DNA from: Octopus sinensis
Taxonomy: Eukaryota
Assembly (NCBI RefSeq): GCF_006345805.1
Contig: NW_021836186.1
Location: forward strand, 1-25,341
DNA: 25,341 bases
Direction: 5' to 3'
In this document: piece by piece, positions 21,858-25,341 of the stretch
How the letters are laid out: each line of letters begins with the position of its first letter
Numbering within the stretch: position 1 is the stretch's first letter
Program-made: the position numbers and the translations under genes
The notes under the pieces: model-generated
The model's database searches: none
Told to the model about the DNA's origin: nothing
What the model saw: only the letters and a program-made list of their open reading frames with translations

Positions 21858-21898
<41 letters not shown>

Positions 21899-21956
21899 TA
21901 TGTAGGTAGGTAGGTAGGTAGGTAGGTAGGTAGGTAGGTAGGTAGGTATGTAAGTT

Positions 21957-21998
<42 letters not shown>

Positions 21999-22051
21999 AT
22001 GATAGATAGATAGACAGACAGATAGACAGACAGACAGACAGACAGACATAC

Positions 22052-22086
<35 letters not shown>

Positions 22087-22158
22087 ATGATAGATAGATA
22101 GACAGACAGATAGACAGACAGACAGACAGACAGACATACAGATAGATAGATAGATAGT

Positions 22159-22203
<45 letters not shown>

Positions 22204-22204
22204 G
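21628..22204. repeat. Compound (CA)n-(GACA/GATA)-(GA)n-(GGTA)n-(GATA)n microsatellite
   Basis: Directly visible. Confidence 0.95.
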
Positions 22205-22951
22205 GATTTATTGGCCACGCAGGGCTAAACACAGAAGGGACAAAATACAAAGTAGAGCTTGGGGGGGGAGAGAAAGGGGGGGCGAATTCCGATCAAAAGG
22301 GATAGTGGAAAAAAAAGTGGGGCCGATCAAAAGGGATCGAGAATCACAGATAGGTCAATGTAAAAAGAGAAACAGATTAAGTTTGTCGGTGGATAGAAAA
22401 GCCGACGGAAAAGACCTTGGGCAATAGTGTCATGCAAAAATAAAACACATTACAGTAAGTGTATCTCTTTTTTTCCTTTCGTTTTTTTTTCTTTTGGTTC
22501 ATAGGATTATGCTCAAGTACGATGAAGATGGCTTTTCCTTCCCGTTTCAAGGAAGGAGGCGCGACAATTTTCACGATAGACTCGGTTGATAAACCAGCTT
22601 GTCCCACACGTGATAGCAGTCGTTCGACATAGGCTCACAGGTCGGAAATGGTTGGACACTGTACGAGTGCATGCAGGACGGTTTCGAAGTTCTGACAGCA
22701 TCTCGGGCAGGTCGGCCCCGTGTTTCTCGAGCCATCTCTGTCGAACAGGTAGTGCTTCTCGATAGCACTGCCAGGCCAAGGATCTCTGGAAGTTGTCCAT
22801 AGGTCCCGACTCGGAAGCCGTCTTGAACAGGCGGGTCAGGTATTCCTCGTCGACACCCTGGTTCGCCCCGAGATCGTCATCGTACTTCCCCTCCACTAAT
22901 CCCCTATAGAATGCTTTGGTTGTGTTGAAGTCGCTCAAGATCGACCCAAGA
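22205..22951 (-). mobile_element. 5'-truncated L1/Tx1-type non-LTR retrotransposon: ORF2 C-terminus pseudogene plus 3' UTR
   Basis: Minus strand ...FQRSLAWQCYREALPVR then, after a frameshift, GPTCPRCCQNFETVLHALVQCPTISDL*AYVERLL. C-X2-C-X8-H-X4-C zinc finger at 22656-22709 with the upstream W-x-C/x-x-x-x-ALPV motif typical of L1/Tx1 ORF2; stop at the W position 22635-22637; 3' UTR ends CCAATAAATCC then (ATCT)n. Confidence 0.88.
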
Positions 22952-23073
22952 CGGACAGATGGTCAGAGAGACAGATAGACAGATATACAAACAGATGGTA
23001 GGTAGGTAGGTAGATAGATGGACAGACAGACAGACAGGTAGTTGAGTAGATAGATAGATAGATAGACAGATAG

Positions 23074-23116
<43 letters not shown>

Positions 23117-23260
23117 ATAGATAGATATAGTAGATAGAGACAGGTAGATGAAAGACAGAGAGATAGATAGATAGAAGATAGATAGATAGATAGATAGATA
23201 ACAGATAGATTAAAATAGATAGAGAGATAGATAGATAGATAGACAGACAGACAAACAGAC

Positions 23261-23296
<36 letters not shown>

Positions 23297-23297
23297 G
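22952..23297. repeat. (GATA)n/(GACA)n microsatellite
   Basis: Directly visible. Confidence 0.95.
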
Positions 23298-23417
23298 TGA
23301 CTCCGTATAGACATTTACATATATCAGGAAGCAACTTCAGTGTTTAAAGCTAGTTTATTATTTTGCGTTCTTTCTCATTCCGTCTTTCATGTAGAATGTA
23401 TTTTTTTTTACTCTACG

Positions 23418-23428
23418 AGTGTGTGTAC

Positions 23429-23478
<50 letters not shown>
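23418..23478. repeat. (TG)n microsatellite
   Basis: Directly visible. Confidence 0.95.
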
Positions 23479-23479
<1 letters not shown>

Positions 23480-23859
23480 TTTGTGTCGGCTGAAATGTCT
23501 GTGTGTGTTTGAGCTGGTATGTGTATGCTTGTATGTGTTTGTGTGTATGTGCATTTATGCCAAGCAAATTCAACAAAACATCTCTGTTCACTTCTCCTAT
23601 ACGAATATACGAATGCGAGCATTTTATACGCGTGTATTATCTGTATACGCATGTGTGCTCGCGCTTGCGCATGTACGTACATGTGTTTATGTATATATAT
23701 CGATGTGTATAGAACATCTATATTCTTGTACGTTGGGAAAACTCTCAGTTGATTGCCGGCAACGGTAGAGAAAGGACATACAAAGAAAAAACAAAAGTGA
23801 TCGATAGTCAGCGAGGTAAATCAAAATGGAAAACTTGGACTATTATGAGCTGTAATAAA

Positions 23860-24127
23860 ATACACACACACACATACACACACACATACACACATACGCA
23901 CACACACTATACATGCATACATACATACGTATTTTCATATATACTAATATATGTGTATGTATGTATGGATGTATGCGTATGTCTGCTTCCAGCTACGTAT
24001 GACTTTCTAACTCCATACCTGGTATTCGTACATATCCGTATATGAAATTCATATATACGCACTATATGTATTTATATGTGTATATATATATATATATTTA
24101 TATGTATGTATATATATATATATATTA

Positions 24128-24187
<60 letters not shown>

Positions 24188-24347
24188 TTATATATATGTA
24201 TTATAATATCAAATATATGCATATGTATGTATGTATATATATATATATCATATATATATATAATTGCACACCACGCACACACAATGCGTTTGCACATATG
24301 AACATGTACGTAGGTATGTTTATATATAGACACATATACATATACAA

Positions 24348-24386
<39 letters not shown>

Positions 24387-24700
24387 TATATGCAAGTATG
24401 TATATGTTTGCATGTGTGTTGCATGTGTGTGCGTATGTTTGTATATATATATATATATACATACATACATTTGCATATGTTGCTATGTAATTATGTATAC
24501 TTGTGTGTACGAATCTGCGTATGTATACATAGATTCATACATGCATACATACATATACACACACATGCATACATACATACATGCATACATACATACATAC
24601 ATACATACATACATACATACATACATACATACATACATACATACATCATACATGCATGCACACATACATATATGTACGTAGATGTGTATATAAATGAATG
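23860..24700. repeat. (CA)n/(TA)n/(TACA)n compound microsatellite block
   Basis: Directly visible. Confidence 0.92.
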
Positions 24701-25341
24701 AATTCGTATGTAGATAACAGATCATTGTCAGGTGCGAATTAATAAAGCGTGGAAATGTAATCGGGCTAAAATATTAAAAGCTAACGACCCTTTGAAAGAC
24801 ACGATAGAATCCCTCTGAGGTAGTAGTTATTAAAACGTCAAGATGATAACTCGAGTGAGATTTATTAGTTAGGCGATTTCTTTTTCCAATTTTTTTTTCC
24901 CCCATTCTGTTTTGCAAGGAGTTTTGTGCTTTCGTTTTACCTCTTCTTTTATAGTCTTAAAGTGTATTTAATGTATATTAGAAAGCTAAAACCCATCAGC
25001 ATTGAGTATTTATATAAAAAGGAGGGGGGGGAACCTTCAACGAATTCCCTCGTCAAAATGGCGTCAAGCGATTAGGTGAGATGAGAAAATAAAATTGGAT
25101 GAAGAATAGGAATGTTAAATTTCCTTACATACCACTAATTCTTTTGTTTTTGTTGTTCTTATTTTTAACCCCAGGTCAGCCTTCAATGTGCAGCTCTATG
25201 ACGACAGGCGCTCTAGTAATGACCTCTTTTCAGACACCTTATCTCAGATACATACGTTATATTTAGGATTATATTATTGAACGCGTTTTTCTGTTTTAAA
25301 GACAGTTCGATATATGGTGGGATATATTTGGCTGCTATTCC

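Noticed and set aside
25057-25082. AAAATGGCGTCAAGCGATTAG|GTGAGA as a first coding exon
   Set aside because: The ATG frame reaches TAG exactly before the donor; no other support.
25165-25290. Acceptor CCCCAG followed by an open frame (SAFNVQLYDDRRSSND...)
   Set aside because: Short, no recognisable domain, and it looks more like an interspersed repeat fragment; not verifiable here.

Overview
Repeat-dense eukaryotic, non-genic (intronic or intergenic) DNA, most likely from an octopus or close cephalopod. The species is inferred from the tRNA-derived SINE types and the very high load of (TA)n, (TG)n, (GATA)n, (TACA)n and (GGT)n microsatellites. No intact protein-coding gene can be supported: almost all listed ORFs are microsatellite or SINE translations. 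Real protein homology is limited to three transposon relics: a 5'-truncated L1/Tx1-type LINE ORF2 C-terminus with a CCHC zinc finger (~22.2-22.95 kb, minus strand) and two Tc1/mariner DDxD transposase fragments (5.9-6.3 kb plus; 20.4-20.5 kb minus). There are also about 20 SINE copies or fragments from four types and three hAT-like MITEs. The best signal is a SINE/LINE system visible within the window. The Tx1-like LINE's last ~38 nt match the 3' tail of one SINE variant (32/38 identical), and both run into (TATC)n. The same SINE body occurs with two alternative tails and forms dimers with an identical junction at two loci. SINE family letters (A-D) are my own labels. Coordinates were read by eye and repeat boundaries are approximate.
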